Shown here piece after piece: positions 54,563 through 64,000 of a stretch of 64,000 nucleotides of DNA. The notes under the pieces are model-generated. The model was not told where the DNA came from, did not search any database, and saw nothing but the letters and a program-made list of their open reading frames with translations. A program made the translations under genes and the position numbers. Positions within the stretch are counted from its first letter, which is position 1. Each line of letters starts with the position of its first letter. Where the stretch lies: the NCBI GenBank assembly GCA_963727485.1, contig CAVSGM010000002.1, positions 1,024,001-1,088,000 on the forward strand. Reading direction: 5' to 3'. This DNA is from an uncultured delta proteobacterium (lineage in GTDB: Bacteria > Myxococcota > Myxococcia > SLRQ01).

Positions 54563-57071
54563 TCAGAAGCCGGTGAGCTGGAAGATCGCGTTGAGCTCGT
54601 AGTCGCTCACGTACAGGTCGCCGGTGGCGGTGTCGTAGGCGAGCCCCGCGGGGCGGGCGAAGCCCGAGGCCACGATGGACGCCTGGCAGTTGTTCGGGGC
54701 GCCGGTCCACATCGCCGGGTCGCAGGTGGAGGTGTTGATCTCCACCAGGTTCCCGCTGGCGGTGTCGGCGACGAGCAGGTCGCCCGAGGGCAGCATGATC
54801 ATGGCCGTGGGCCCCTGGAGGAGGTTGCCTCGGTCAGATCCGATAGGCGCCCGTGGCGGCCCCGTTCACGGCGTGCTCGACGTAGACGGCCTGGTTGTTG
54901 GTGTCGGCCACGTAGGTCGCCGAGTGGACCGCCCCGGTGGTGTCGGTCATCTGGGCGTAGGTCACCCCCCAGGGGTTGTTCAGCTGGCCGCCGAAGGTGG
55001 TGGTGCTGGTGGTTGCCGCCGGGGGCGCCGCCGCGGCGTCGTAGGACTCGATCCGCGGGTTGTTCCAGTTGGACGCCAGCAGGGTCCCGGTCCCCTCGAG
55101 GAAGAGCCCGGTCATCTCCGTGTTGTTGTTGGCGGAGAACTGGCCCAGGGCCCCGGCGGGGCTCATGACCATCAGCCCGCTGGCTCCGCCGCCGCCGTTC
55201 CAGTCCCGGCCGGTGGAGATGAAGAGGTTGCCGCTGGCCGGATCCCACTGGACGTCGGCCATGCGGGAGCCGACGCCGACCCCGTACTGGCTGGTCGCGA
55301 AGTTGGCGCCGGCGTTGAGGTCCACCTGCTGGATCGACCGGGTGGCGCCGTTGCCGCCGAAGCGGTCGTTGCAGGCGACGTAGAGGTGGCCCGAGTTGTC
55401 GAGGGTCATCCCCATGGGCCGGCGGATGCCGCTGCCCTGCCCGCCGGCGATGGCGATCGCCGTGCCGCCGGTGCTGATGTTCACGTTGGCGGGGGTCACG
55501 TTCACCGGCACCGCGGCGCTCACGGTCACGTTGCCCACCTCGTCGGACGCCTCGGCGATGACGGTGATGGCGCCCCACTGGTTGCCGGGCACCGGCACCG
55601 TGAAGGTCTTTGTGGTGGAGGTGGTCGCGGGGTTGGTGGTGAGGAGCATCAGGTCGTTGTAGGTGAAGGCGCCCCGGACCTGGATCCGGATCTGGGAGAG
55701 GGAGACGCTGTCGCTGGCGGTGACGGTGACCGGCATGTCGCTGCCGCTGACCCAGGTGTCACCGGCGGCGGGCGCGGTGATCTCCACCTGGGGCGGGACG
55801 ATGTCGGGCTGGGCCCGGACCACCACCTCGCCGGTGTCCGAGAGGGTGCCCACGGTGGCGGTCACCGTCTGGAGGCCCTGGGTCCCGAAGACCACGGTCC
55901 GGGCCGTGGTGTCGATGGTGGCCGCGGTGTCGCTGGTGGTGAGGGTCACCGCCGGGGTGAGCACGTTGCCGTAGCCGTCGGTCACCACCGTGCGGTAGGC
56001 GAGCGGCTCGCCCACCCGCAGCTCGGTGGTCCCCAGCGAGAGGGTGACCTTGGCGGGATTCCCCGCCTGGACCTCGAGGGTGGCGGTGCTGGAGACCAGC
56101 ATCCCCGCCGTGGTCCCGGCGGTCCCCTGGACCATGGCGACGACCGTCCAGCTCCCGGCCGCGGTGAGGCCGGTGAGGGTGTTCCCCTCGACCAGGGCGC
56201 CGGGGGCGTTGGTGATCAGGGTGAAGGGCAGGTTCAGGGTGTTCTGGCTGCCGTCGGTGATGGTCACGGTGGCGGAGACCGGGGTGCCCGCGGGGATCTG
56301 GAGGTCCGTCCCCGGGCCCACGGGGGTGCCGCCCACGGTGGCCTCAAGCTGGAGGGCCAGGCTCGAGGGCGCGCCGCCGCGGATGACGAAGTCCGCAGAC
56401 GCCGTGGCGCCGCCCACGGTGGCGGTGGCGGTGAGGGTGCCGGTGCCGATGGTGGTCAGGCCGGTGAGGTCGGCTGTGGCCATGCCGTCGGCGTCGGTGG
56501 TGGCGGTCACGGGCGGGACGCCGCCGGCGGGCCCGCCGGCGCCGAAGGTGGTGGCGAAGGTGATCTCGAGCCCGGAGAGATCGACCCCCGGCTCACGCGC
56601 CGTCGCCTGCACCGTGGCGTGGAGGGTGCCGGTGTCCGCGTCCACCACCGGCGAGCCCAGGGTCAGCTTGAGGTGCTGGGCCGCCGGGGGATTGGCGGTG
56701 ATGGTGACCTTGGTGGGCTGGCTCACGTTCCCCGCCGCGTCGGTGGCGGTGAGGGTGAAGACGTTGTCCGAGCCCACCGAAAGCGGCACCGCCATCCGCC
56801 ACTTGGCGCTGAAGGGATCCGCGGTGGTGGTGAACGGCCCCAGCTTGTTGTCGGCCGCGGTGAACGCCGGGGACCGGGTGACGGTGAGGGTGCTCCCGTA
56901 CTCGGCGGTCCCGGTGAGGACCTGGGTGGGGATCATCGTCGGCGTGGTCACCGGGTCCAGGCGCGGGGCCGGGGGCGGGGTGGTGTCCTTCTGCTGGCAG
57001 CCCGCGCCGGCCACCGCCAGCGCGGCGAGGACGGCGAGGGGGGTGAGGCGTCGGCGTACCGTGGGGCTCAT
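54563..57071 (-). CDS. Surface lipoprotein with tandem bacterial Ig-like domains and a C-terminal NHL/SMP-30-like propeller (frameshift near 54835)
   Basis: GAGC lipobox, ATDAAGNVS, DIVPPQVEITAP; propeller blades RPMGMTLD, NPWGVTY, GPTAM..LLVAD and RPAGLAYD; RBS AAGGAGG. Confidence 0.78.
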
Positions 57072-57092
57072 GCGGTGGTTCCTCCTTGAAGG

Positions 57093-58288
57093 CTAGAAGC
57101 GAAGGGCGTAGCGGGCGTCGGCGCGGACGCCGGAGAGGGTGGTCTCGCCGACCGGACCCAAGGGGCCCAGGTCGACGCCGGCGACGTCCACCAGGACCTC
57201 GAGGCCGAGCTCACCGGGGCCCGCCTGGAAGCCGAGGCCGGCGCCGAAGACCCCCAGGAGCCCGAAGGCCCGGTCGCTCACCGGGGCGCTGAAGGCGGTG
57301 AAGTGGGTCTGGGTCCAGACGGTGCCGAGACCGGCGAGGACGAAGGGGCGCACCGACGCCGAGGGCGCCAGGTGCCAGGAGAGCGCCAGGCTCCCGGGGA
57401 CCAGGTGGCTGTCCTGGGTGAAGCCCGCGTCGAGGCCCCGGCCGGGGACGATGGCGGGGCCGCTCTCGATGACCCGGGCCCAGCCCAGGTCGAGGCGGAG
57501 ATCGAGGCGGGTGCGGCCCAGGTCGAGGCCCAGGGCCTTGAGGTCCAGGGCGAAGGTGACGCCCGCCGCCGGGCCCACCGAGAGCTTGTAGAGGGGGACG
57601 TAGGCGCCGACCCAGGGGGTGAGGGTGAAGGTCCGCGCGGGCCCCTGGGCCCGGGCGCCCTCGGCCGCGGGGGCGGCGGCGGCTTCGGTGCGATCGCCGT
57701 AGGCCTGGATCCGCTCGTAGCCCTTGGGGGGCGGGGGGGCGGCGGCACGGCCTTCGGCGCCGGCGCCGGCTTCTTGGTCGTCAGGGTCACCAGCGGGACC
57801 TTGGGGGTCGCCTGCGCCGCCGGCTCGGGCTTGGGCACCGGGATCCCCAGGTCCACCCCGGAGAAGGAGAGGAGCCCTGCGGCCCGGGCGTGGTGGGGCC
57901 AGGCCACGGTGATCCACTGGCGCCCCCGGGCGAGATGCACGGTGGTGCTCGCCGCCGTCCCCACCTCGGCGAAGCCCTTCACCGAGGCGGCGGCGTCCCG
58001 GCGGCCGTCGGGCTCCAGGCGGCGGTGGCGGTGGTGGGAGCTCACCAGCGCCCGCACCCGGGCGAGGGCGTGGCCGGCGGCCCGGAGGGTGACGGTGACC
58101 GTCGCCGGCCCGTGGAGGATCAGGGTGGCGGCGCCCCCGGGCGCGAGCACCCACGCCGGCGTGGTCCGGCCCGCGACGTGAAGCATCCGGGGGGCGCCGG
58201 CGCCCTCCACCTTGCCGTGGGGCCCGCCGGCGAGGGCGGGGGTGGCGACGACGAGGGAGAGGAGGACGACGCCGAGGCGTACGGGCAT
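57093..58288 (-). CDS. Secreted protein with a Pro-rich linker and a C-terminal outer-membrane beta-barrel (frameshift near 57740)
   Basis: Signal peptide; alternating beta-strand pattern, RPFVLAGLG; terminal aromatic residue (ARYALRF). Confidence 0.7.
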
Positions 58289-58432
58289 GGACGCACCTCG
58301 CGAGGGGGAGTCGGACGGAGGGGAGCGGTTCGAGCGAGGATCCGGGGGGATCACTCGAGCTCGACCGTCCGGCACCCGAAGCGGCCACAGGCAAGCTCCC
58401 CTCAACGGGGGAGGCCGGGCGCGGGCCGGCGC

Positions 58433-60340
58433 TCAGCGCCCGGGATCGGCGAAGCGATCGGCGAGGGCCTGGCGCAGGGCCGCCACCTGGGGGTCGTCGG
58501 GGCCGGCGGCGGCGCCCAGGCGGCGCAGCGCCTCCTCGGCCGACGCCCTGTCCCCCTTCAGGGCCAGCCACCCGGCGGCCCGGCGGAGGAGCGCCGGCGA
58601 CACCTGGGGATCCGCGGCGAGGGCCGCGAAGGCCCCCCGGGCCGCGTGGGTCCGCCCCAGCCGGTCGTCGAGCTCGGCCCAGGCGCGGCGTGCCTCGAGG
58701 GAGGTGGCCCGGCCCGGCGGAGGCAGCGCCGCCACCTCCCGCCGGGTCCGCGCCACCAGCCGCCGGAGCCTCCCGGTGAGGGCCGGGTCCGGGTCGGGGC
58801 GGCGGGCGAGGGTCGCCTCGGCGGCGTCGAAGCGCAGGGCCCGGAGCTGGGCCATGGCCAGGTCGTAGTGGTACCGGGGGTGGCCGGGGAAGCGCCGGGC
58901 CAGATTGCGGATCACCGCCACCGCCTCGTCGTAGCGGCCCAGGGCCTCGAGGCACGCCGCCTTCCCCGACCACTCGAAGGGGAAGCCCTCCCCGGCGGCC
59001 CCGAAGATCCGGCTGTCGAGGGAGATGGCCCGATCGTAGGCGGCGAGGGCCTCGCGCGGGCGGTGGCGGTCGAGGAGCGCCTGGCCCAGCCCCGCCCAGG
59101 GGAGCCCGCTCTCGTCGCCGTGGGTCGCCACCGCCCGGTGCCAGAGGGCGAGGTCGGTGCGCCACACCGGCACCCGGGCGTAGGTGGCCCCGGCGAAGGT
59201 CAGCACCGCCGCGCCGGCCACCGAGGCGAGGACCCACCGCCACCGCCCGGCGAGGCCCGTGGCCCAGGCGGCCCCCACCGGCAGGGCCGCCGCCAGGGGC
59301 AGGTAGAGGAAGCGATCGGCGGCCACCGCCTGGACCGGGATTGGGACCAGGTGGAGGACGGGGACCAGGGCGGCGACGGCGGTGGCGGCGGCGGCGAGGC
59401 GCGCCGGGGGCCACCGTCGCCAGGCCCACACCGAGAGGGCCACCCCAAAGAGGAGCACGGCGCCCCCGAGGATCATCAGCCCCGGCCGCGCCACCCCCAC
59501 CCGGCCGATCTCCACCCGGGGGCGGAGGGGGTCGAGGATCAGGGTGAGGTAGGTGCCGAGGGTCTGGAGGGCGAGGCCCGCCCGGGGAAGGAGCCCGAGG
59601 TGCGCCTGGCCGGCGGCGGCGAGGCGCGGGCCCAGCGCCGCGACCCGGAGGCCGCCGTAGATCGCCGCCCCCAGGTAGAGGGGCCAGGGGCGCCAGAGGG
59701 CCCGGGCCAGGGGCCGCCCGTCCCGGCGCGCGGCGGCCAGCTCCCACACCACCACGCCCACGACGGCGGCGGCGGCCACCTCCTTGGAGAGGAGCCCGAG
59801 GCCGAAGGCCCCGGCGGCGGCGAGGCGCGGGCGCCACCCCGGGCGCCAGAGGAGGAGCACCAGGAGGGCGAAGCCGGCGGCGAGGACGTCGCTGCGCCCG
59901 GAGATCCAGGCCACCGACTCGGTGAGCCGGGGGAACACCCCGAAGGCGGCGGTGGCGAGCGCCGCGGCGCCCCCGCCGGCCCCAAGCCGCCGGGCCAGGG
60001 CGAAGACCGCCACGCAGACGGCGAGGTGGAGGCCGAGGCTGGTGAGATGGAAGACCCAGGCCTGCCCGCCGCCGAGGGTCCAGTCCCCGGCGTTGACCAG
60101 GGTGAGCAGCGGCCGGTAGTAGCTCCCGGCGTCTCCGGCCAGGGGTCTCGCCCAGAACCCCCGGACGAAGGCGCCGAGGGCCGACCCCAGGTGGTGGACC
60201 ACCGGGTTGCCGACGATGAGCGCGTGGTCGTCCCAGACGAACCCGCCGAAGGCGGCCGCCTGGTAGGCGGCGGCCACCCCCCCGAGCACCAGGGCGAGGA
60301 GGAGCCCCGGGCGGGGCGCGCGGCGGGGGGCGTCGCTCAC
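58433..60340 (-). CDS. TMTC-like GT-C membrane glycosyltransferase with C-terminal TPRs
   Basis: FVWDD, YYRPL, ESVAWISGR, LLSKE, ADRFLYLP, W.TDLALW, TPR helices. Confidence 0.82.
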   Translation of the reverse strand: MSDAPRRAPRPGLLLALVLGGVAAAYQAAAFGGFVWDDHALIVGNPVVHHLGSALGAFVRGFWARPLAGDAGSYYRPLLTLVNAGDWTLGGGQAWVFHLTSLGLHLAVCVAVFALARRLGAGGGAAALATAAFGVFPRLTESVAWISGRSDVLAAGFALLVLLLWRPGWRPRLAAAGAFGLGLLSKEVAAAAVVGVVVWELAAARRDGRPLARALWRPWPLYLGAAIYGGLRVAALGPRLAAAGQAHLGLLPRAGLALQTLGTYLTLILDPLRPRVEIGRVGVARPGLMILGGAVLLFGVALSVWAWRRWPPARLAAAATAVAALVPVLHLVPIPVQAVAADRFLYLPLAAALPVGAAWATGLAGRWRWVLASVAGAAVLTFAGATYARVPVWRTDLALWHRAVATHGDESGLPWAGLGQALLDRHRPREALAAYDRAISLDSRIFGAAGEGFPFEWSGKAACLEALGRYDEAVAVIRNLARRFPGHPRYHYDLAMAQLRALRFDAAEATLARRPDPDPALTGRLRRLVARTRREVAALPPPGRATSLEARRAWAELDDRLGRTHAARGAFAALAADPQVSPALLRRAAGWLALKGDRASAEEALRRLGAAAGPDDPQVAALRQALADRFADPGR

Positions 60341-60350
60341 GCCGGGGAGC

Positions 60351-61175
60351 CTACCAGGGGATGCGCATCGGCTCGGTGCCCGGCACGCAGGCGTAGGGCC
60401 CGAAGTCGGTGACCCCGGCGAGCTCGGTGAGGGCGTCCTCGTCCATCCACGCCTTGCCGCTCCCGAGCTTCTCCGGGTCGGTGGCCACCAGCGCCACGGT
60501 GGCGTCGGCGAGGATCTCGGCCTTGCGCCAGTTCTCCTGGTTGCCGAGGCCCAGGTTGAGGGTGGCGTAGCTCTCGATGAGGGTCACCGGCCACAGGGCG
60601 TTGACGGCGATGCCCTGCCCCTTCACCTCCTCGGCGAGCGCCACCCCCAGGTAGGTCATCCCGAACTTGCTGACCATGTAGGCGCACTTGCCGGCGACCA
60701 TCTCCGCCTTGTGGATGGGCGGCGACATGTTCACCACCTGCCCGTACCCCGCCTGCTTCATGTGGGGCAGGGCGAGGTGGGTGGCGATGTGGGCGGCGCG
60801 GAAGTTCACGTCCATGACCAGGTCGAACTTCTTCGCCGGGGTCTGCTCCACCGGGTACCACCAGGCGGCGCCGGCGTTGTTCACCAGGATGTCGAGGCGG
60901 CCGAAGTGATCCACGGTCTGCTGGATCATCGCCGCGATCTGCTCCTCCTCCCGGACGTTGCACTGGATGGGGAGCACCTCGACCTCGGGGCTCGCCGCCC
61001 GGATCTCCTCGGCCACCGAGAAGATGGTCCCGGGGAGCTTGGGGTGCTCGGTCACGGACTTCGCGGTGACGACCACGTTCGCCCCCTCGGCGGCGAGGGC
61101 CAGGGCGACGGCGCGCCCCACCCCGCGGCTGGATCCGGTGACGATGGCGACGCGTCCTTGAAGCTTCCCGGGCAT
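60351..61175 (-). CDS. SDR oxidoreductase (HSDL2-like)
   Basis: TGSSRGVG, HPKLPGTI, NMSPP, YMVSK, VNALWP, EILADA. Confidence 0.9.
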   Translation of the reverse strand: MPGKLQGRVAIVTGSSRGVGRAVALALAAEGANVVVTAKSVTEHPKLPGTIFSVAEEIRAASPEVEVLPIQCNVREEEQIAAMIQQTVDHFGRLDILVNNAGAAWWYPVEQTPAKKFDLVMDVNFRAAHIATHLALPHMKQAGYGQVVNMSPPIHKAEMVAGKCAYMVSKFGMTYLGVALAEEVKGQGIAVNALWPVTLIESYATLNLGLGNQENWRKAEILADATVALVATDPEKLGSGKAWMDEDALTELAGVTDFGPYACVPGTEPMRIPW

Positions 61176-61591
61176 CAGATCTCTCCTGTGTTCTTGGGGG
61201 CGCGGCACTCGCCGTCCCGATCGGTGATCACCTGGGAGGCGAGGCGGGCGTTGTGGGAGAGCCACGCCTCCCGCACCGCGTCCGGCAGGTCTGCCGCCGC
61301 CATCGCCTCCCGGAGGAGCTGCTGGCGGCGCATGAAGTGCCCGCCGAGGATCGGCGAGGCGGCGTGGGCGTCCCGCATCGACCGGCCGGCGTAGGGCCCG
61401 CCGGCGCGGCCGAGCATCCGGGCGGTGAACTGGGTCTCCAGCTCGATGAGCCGGGCGATGTCCTTCCCCTGGAAGAGGAAGCCGATCATCAGGTCCGGGA
61501 CCAGCCGGTCGTAGAAGTCCGTGACCACCGCCTCGAGGCGGGTCAGGCGGGCGTCGTCGTCGGGGCCCAGGGTCTCCCAGGGGGTGGCCAT
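61175..61591 (-). CDS. Group I truncated hemoglobin
   Basis: VTDFYDR (TyrB10), IGFLF, GGPYAGRSMRDAH (proximal His), HF. Confidence 0.82.
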   Translation of the reverse strand: MATPWETLGPDDDARLTRLEAVVTDFYDRLVPDLMIGFLFQGKDIARLIELETQFTARMLGRAGGPYAGRSMRDAHAASPILGGHFMRRQQLLREAMAAADLPDAVREAWLSHNARLASQVITDRDGECRAPKNTGEI

Positions 61592-61665
61592 CCGGGCCTG
61601 TGTAGCCCTCCGGCGCCGGGGTCGCAAGCTTGCACCGGCCCTGCCGCCGCCGCATCCTGACCGCG

Positions 61666-62934
61666 GTGCTCCGCCTCCTTGCCCTCGCCTGCTGCCTCCT
61701 CGTCGCCGCCTGCGCGACCCCGGGGAGCCAGGGGCCGGGCGCCGCGCCGGGCGCGGAGGCCGCCGCGCCGGGCCCCAAGGCCGCCCCCCGGCCGCTTCCC
61801 CGGGCCGCCCCCGCCGTGCCCTGGGTCCACCACCCGCCCTGGGATCCCGACGACGACGACGCCGGCCCGCCGCTCCCCCGGACCCTCTCCTTCCGCCCCC
61901 TGGATCCCGGGGACTGGCAGGGCCTCGCCGGCCTCTTCGTCCACCTCGCCCGGCACTCCAAGGCGACCTACGTCGTCGCCCCCGAGCCCCACCTCCCCCC
62001 CGGCGCCGCCGACGCCCTCCTCGGCGTCCCGGTGACCTGGCCCGAGGGGGCCCGGCCCTTCGCCGAGGTGATCGAGGCCGGGGGCACGCCCACGGTGGTC
62101 GACCGGCGCCCGGGGCCGGCCGCCGACGCCGACATGGTCGCCGCCGAGCTCGCCACCCGGGACGGCGCCTACGCCGCGGCGCTGCGCCTCTACCGCCAGG
62201 TGACCCGGGTCTCCCCGGGCCTCGCCAAGGCCTGGACCTTCCGCGCCGAGGACGCCGCCGCCCTCGGGCACCTCGACGAGGCCAACGAGGCGGTGGTCCG
62301 GGCCCTGGCCCTGGCGCCGGTGGATCCCATGGCCCACGCGGTGGAGGCCGAGCTGGCGCTGGCCGCCGGCCACCGCCGCCGGGCCCGGGTCGCCCTCGCC
62401 ACCGCCCTCGCCCTCTACCCGGGCTTCCCCGCGGCGGTGGCGCTGGTGGCGGCGGTGACCGGGGAGCCCTTCACCTGGCGGCCCCTCTCACCCCCGGCGC
62501 GGGTCGCCCGCCAGGGGCAACGGCGGATCCTGGTCCAGGCCGACGTCCGGCGGACCGGCGCCTGGCTCGCCTGGGCCCTCTGCGAGGCGGTGGGCCGCTA
62601 CGATCCCGACCCGAGGCTCCTGCCCTTCGGCGGCCGCGGCGAGACGCTGCGCCGGGAGGTGGTCTGCGGCCTCACCCTCGCCGACGCCGCCACCGGCCCC
62701 GGGAGCGCCGCGGGGACGCCGTTTGCCGACCCCCGGGTGGCCCGGATCGCGCGGGTGGCCCGGGCCGGCCACCTCGGCGACCTCATCGTCTACGACCTGG
62801 TCGGGACCCGGAGCCCGGGGCTCCTCCTCGGCCTCGACCCGGCGACCCGAAGGCGCCTGGTGGACTACGTCGCCCGGTTCGTGCTCCCCGGCGGCGACGA
62901 CGGGCGAAGGCTCACGGCCGCGGCGGGTCGGTGA
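61666..62934 (+). CDS. TPR-containing lipoprotein
   Basis: VAAC lipobox, TPR-like helices (ALALAPVDP, ALALYPGF). Start uncertain. Confidence 0.65.
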   Translation: MLRLLALACCLLVAACATPGSQGPGAAPGAEAAAPGPKAAPRPLPRAAPAVPWVHHPPWDPDDDDAGPPLPRTLSFRPLDPGDWQGLAGLFVHLARHSKATYVVAPEPHLPPGAADALLGVPVTWPEGARPFAEVIEAGGTPTVVDRRPGPAADADMVAAELATRDGAYAAALRLYRQVTRVSPGLAKAWTFRAEDAAALGHLDEANEAVVRALALAPVDPMAHAVEAELALAAGHRRRARVALATALALYPGFPAAVALVAAVTGEPFTWRPLSPPARVARQGQRRILVQADVRRTGAWLAWALCEAVGRYDPDPRLLPFGGRGETLRREVVCGLTLADAATGPGSAAGTPFADPRVARIARVARAGHLGDLIVYDLVGTRSPGLLLGLDPATRRRLVDYVARFVLPGGDDGRRLTAAAGR

Positions 62935-64000
62935 CGCAGGCGGGAAACGCCGCGGCGAAGGGGATCCCCGCGGCCGCGGCCCACACCTGCAGCCGGTAGG
63001 CGACCGGGGGGACGGCGGCGGGGGGGAGATCGAAGCGCAGGGCCGCGTCGGCCGGGGGCGCCGGGTCCAGCTGGCACGCGGCGCAGGGCTTGCCGTCGGC
63101 GCGGAGGAGCACGGCCTGGAGGTAGCTGCGATCGTCGAGGGCGCGTCCCAGGGCCCGGGTCCCCTTGGCGATGTCCCCGCCACCGACCGCGTGGAGCCGG
63201 ACGTCGAGGACGCGGCCGGTCCCCGACCCCGACTCGCTCCAGGCGAGGGTGAGCCCGGTGGGGGTCGGGGGCTGGCAGTGGTCGGGGGCGCTGCCCCGCT
63301 TGCGGGTGCCCTCGAAGCGCGAGGTGCAGGTCCGGCTCGCCTGCTGGCAGGCGTCGGCGGGGGGGACCTGGTCCAGCGGCCCCTGGCGCAGGTCGAGGGT
63401 GAGGTTCTGCCCGTCGTCCACCAGGGTGAAGCTCGCCAGGCCGGTGGTCTTGTTGACGGCGTCGAAGACCAGGCCGCTGCCGCAGCCGGTGAACCGGTCG
63501 TAGCGTCCGGCGAAGAGCCGGCCGGTGTCCGGGTAGGCGAGCCCCAGGGCCAGGGCCGACTGCCCCGGGCCGACGTCCCGGATCCCCAGGCCCAGGTAGG
63601 CGACGTCGCCGCTGGCGGGATCGGCGCAGGTCCCGGCGTGCCCGGCGAAGACCCCCGAGAGCTGGGGCTCGTAGTCGCAGACCTGCCGGGCGTGGATCAC
63701 CACCGGGTCCAGGGTCTCACCAGGGCAGGTGGCATAGGCGAGGTCCAGGCCGCCACCGCCGGCGATGGGGGTGCCGGTCACCCCTGCCTTGCCGCCGGCG
63801 AGGCTGCGGGACGCGGTGAAGACGCGGCCCTGGTAGCTGCCCATGAGGGGGGCGGTGGCGCGCACCGACTGCACCGGCACGGTCAGGGGTGGGGTCTCGA
63901 CGTCCACCAGGCTCGCGGCGACCGGATCCGCGCCGCCGTCGGGGGCGGTCACGTCCTGGAGGACCATCACCGTGCCCAGGGGCGTCTCCACGTCGTAGCT
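62912..64000 (-). CDS. Cys-containing hypothetical protein, partial (start lies beyond the window end)
   Basis: Long open frame with host-like codon usage; beta-rich with paired Cys. Confidence 0.6.
   Translation of the reverse strand, partial: SYDVETPLGTVMVLQDVTAPDGGADPVAASLVDVETPPLTVPVQSVRATAPLMGSYQGRVFTASRSLAGGKAGVTGTPIAGGGGLDLAYATCPGETLDPVVIHARQVCDYEPQLSGVFAGHAGTCADPASGDVAYLGLGIRDVGPGQSALALGLAYPDTGRLFAGRYDRFTGCGSGLVFDAVNKTTGLASFTLVDDGQNLTLDLRQGPLDQVPPADACQQASRTCTSRFEGTRKRGSAPDHCQPPTPTGLTLAWSESGSGTGRVLDVRLHAVGGGDIAKGTRALGRALDDRSYLQAVLLRADGKPCAACQLDPAPPADAALRFDLPPAAVPPVAYRLQVWAAAAGIPFAAAFPACVTDPPRP

Overview
Very GC-rich bacterial chromosome segment, most likely Myxococcota/Deltaproteobacteria. 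This assignment is inferred from gene content: an FHA-sigma54 activator, a MYXO-CTERM tail, DUF2378-like and MXAN_5187-CTD-like proteins, tandem lspA, and the order mfd-PPIase x3-pdxA. Most of the window is core or near-core: mfd, surA-like PPIases, pdxA, sdhCAB, an M16 protease, msrA, ileS-lspA-lspA-lgt, tldD/tldE, mpg and SDRs, plus signalling proteins and several large Thr-rich Ig-repeat surface lipoproteins. The assembly carries many single-base frameshifts, including four in the essential ileS, so most broken ORFs are probably sequencing errors rather than pseudogenes. The most striking accessory element is a ~6 kb compositionally distinct insert (about 32.64-38.74 kb). It has a sigma70-like promoter with a poly-C spacer, a ~1700-aa secreted ZU5/NHL/TSP3 protein with a C-terminal HExxH domain (split by one in-frame TAG), and an overlapping signal-peptide gene, which together resemble a polymorphic toxin-immunity pair. 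Other points of note are a zinc-finger/histone-H1-like protein, a stand-alone class III cyclase next to a TerB-like gene, an orphan adenine MTase coupled to an alkylpurine glycosylase, a TMTC-like glycosyltransferase upstream of a beta-barrel plus Ig-lipoprotein pair, a channel lacking the GYG filter, and a recurring leaderless-type promoter pattern. No rRNA, tRNA, CRISPR array, transposase or integrase was recognised. All domain calls are by motif recognition only; no searches were run.
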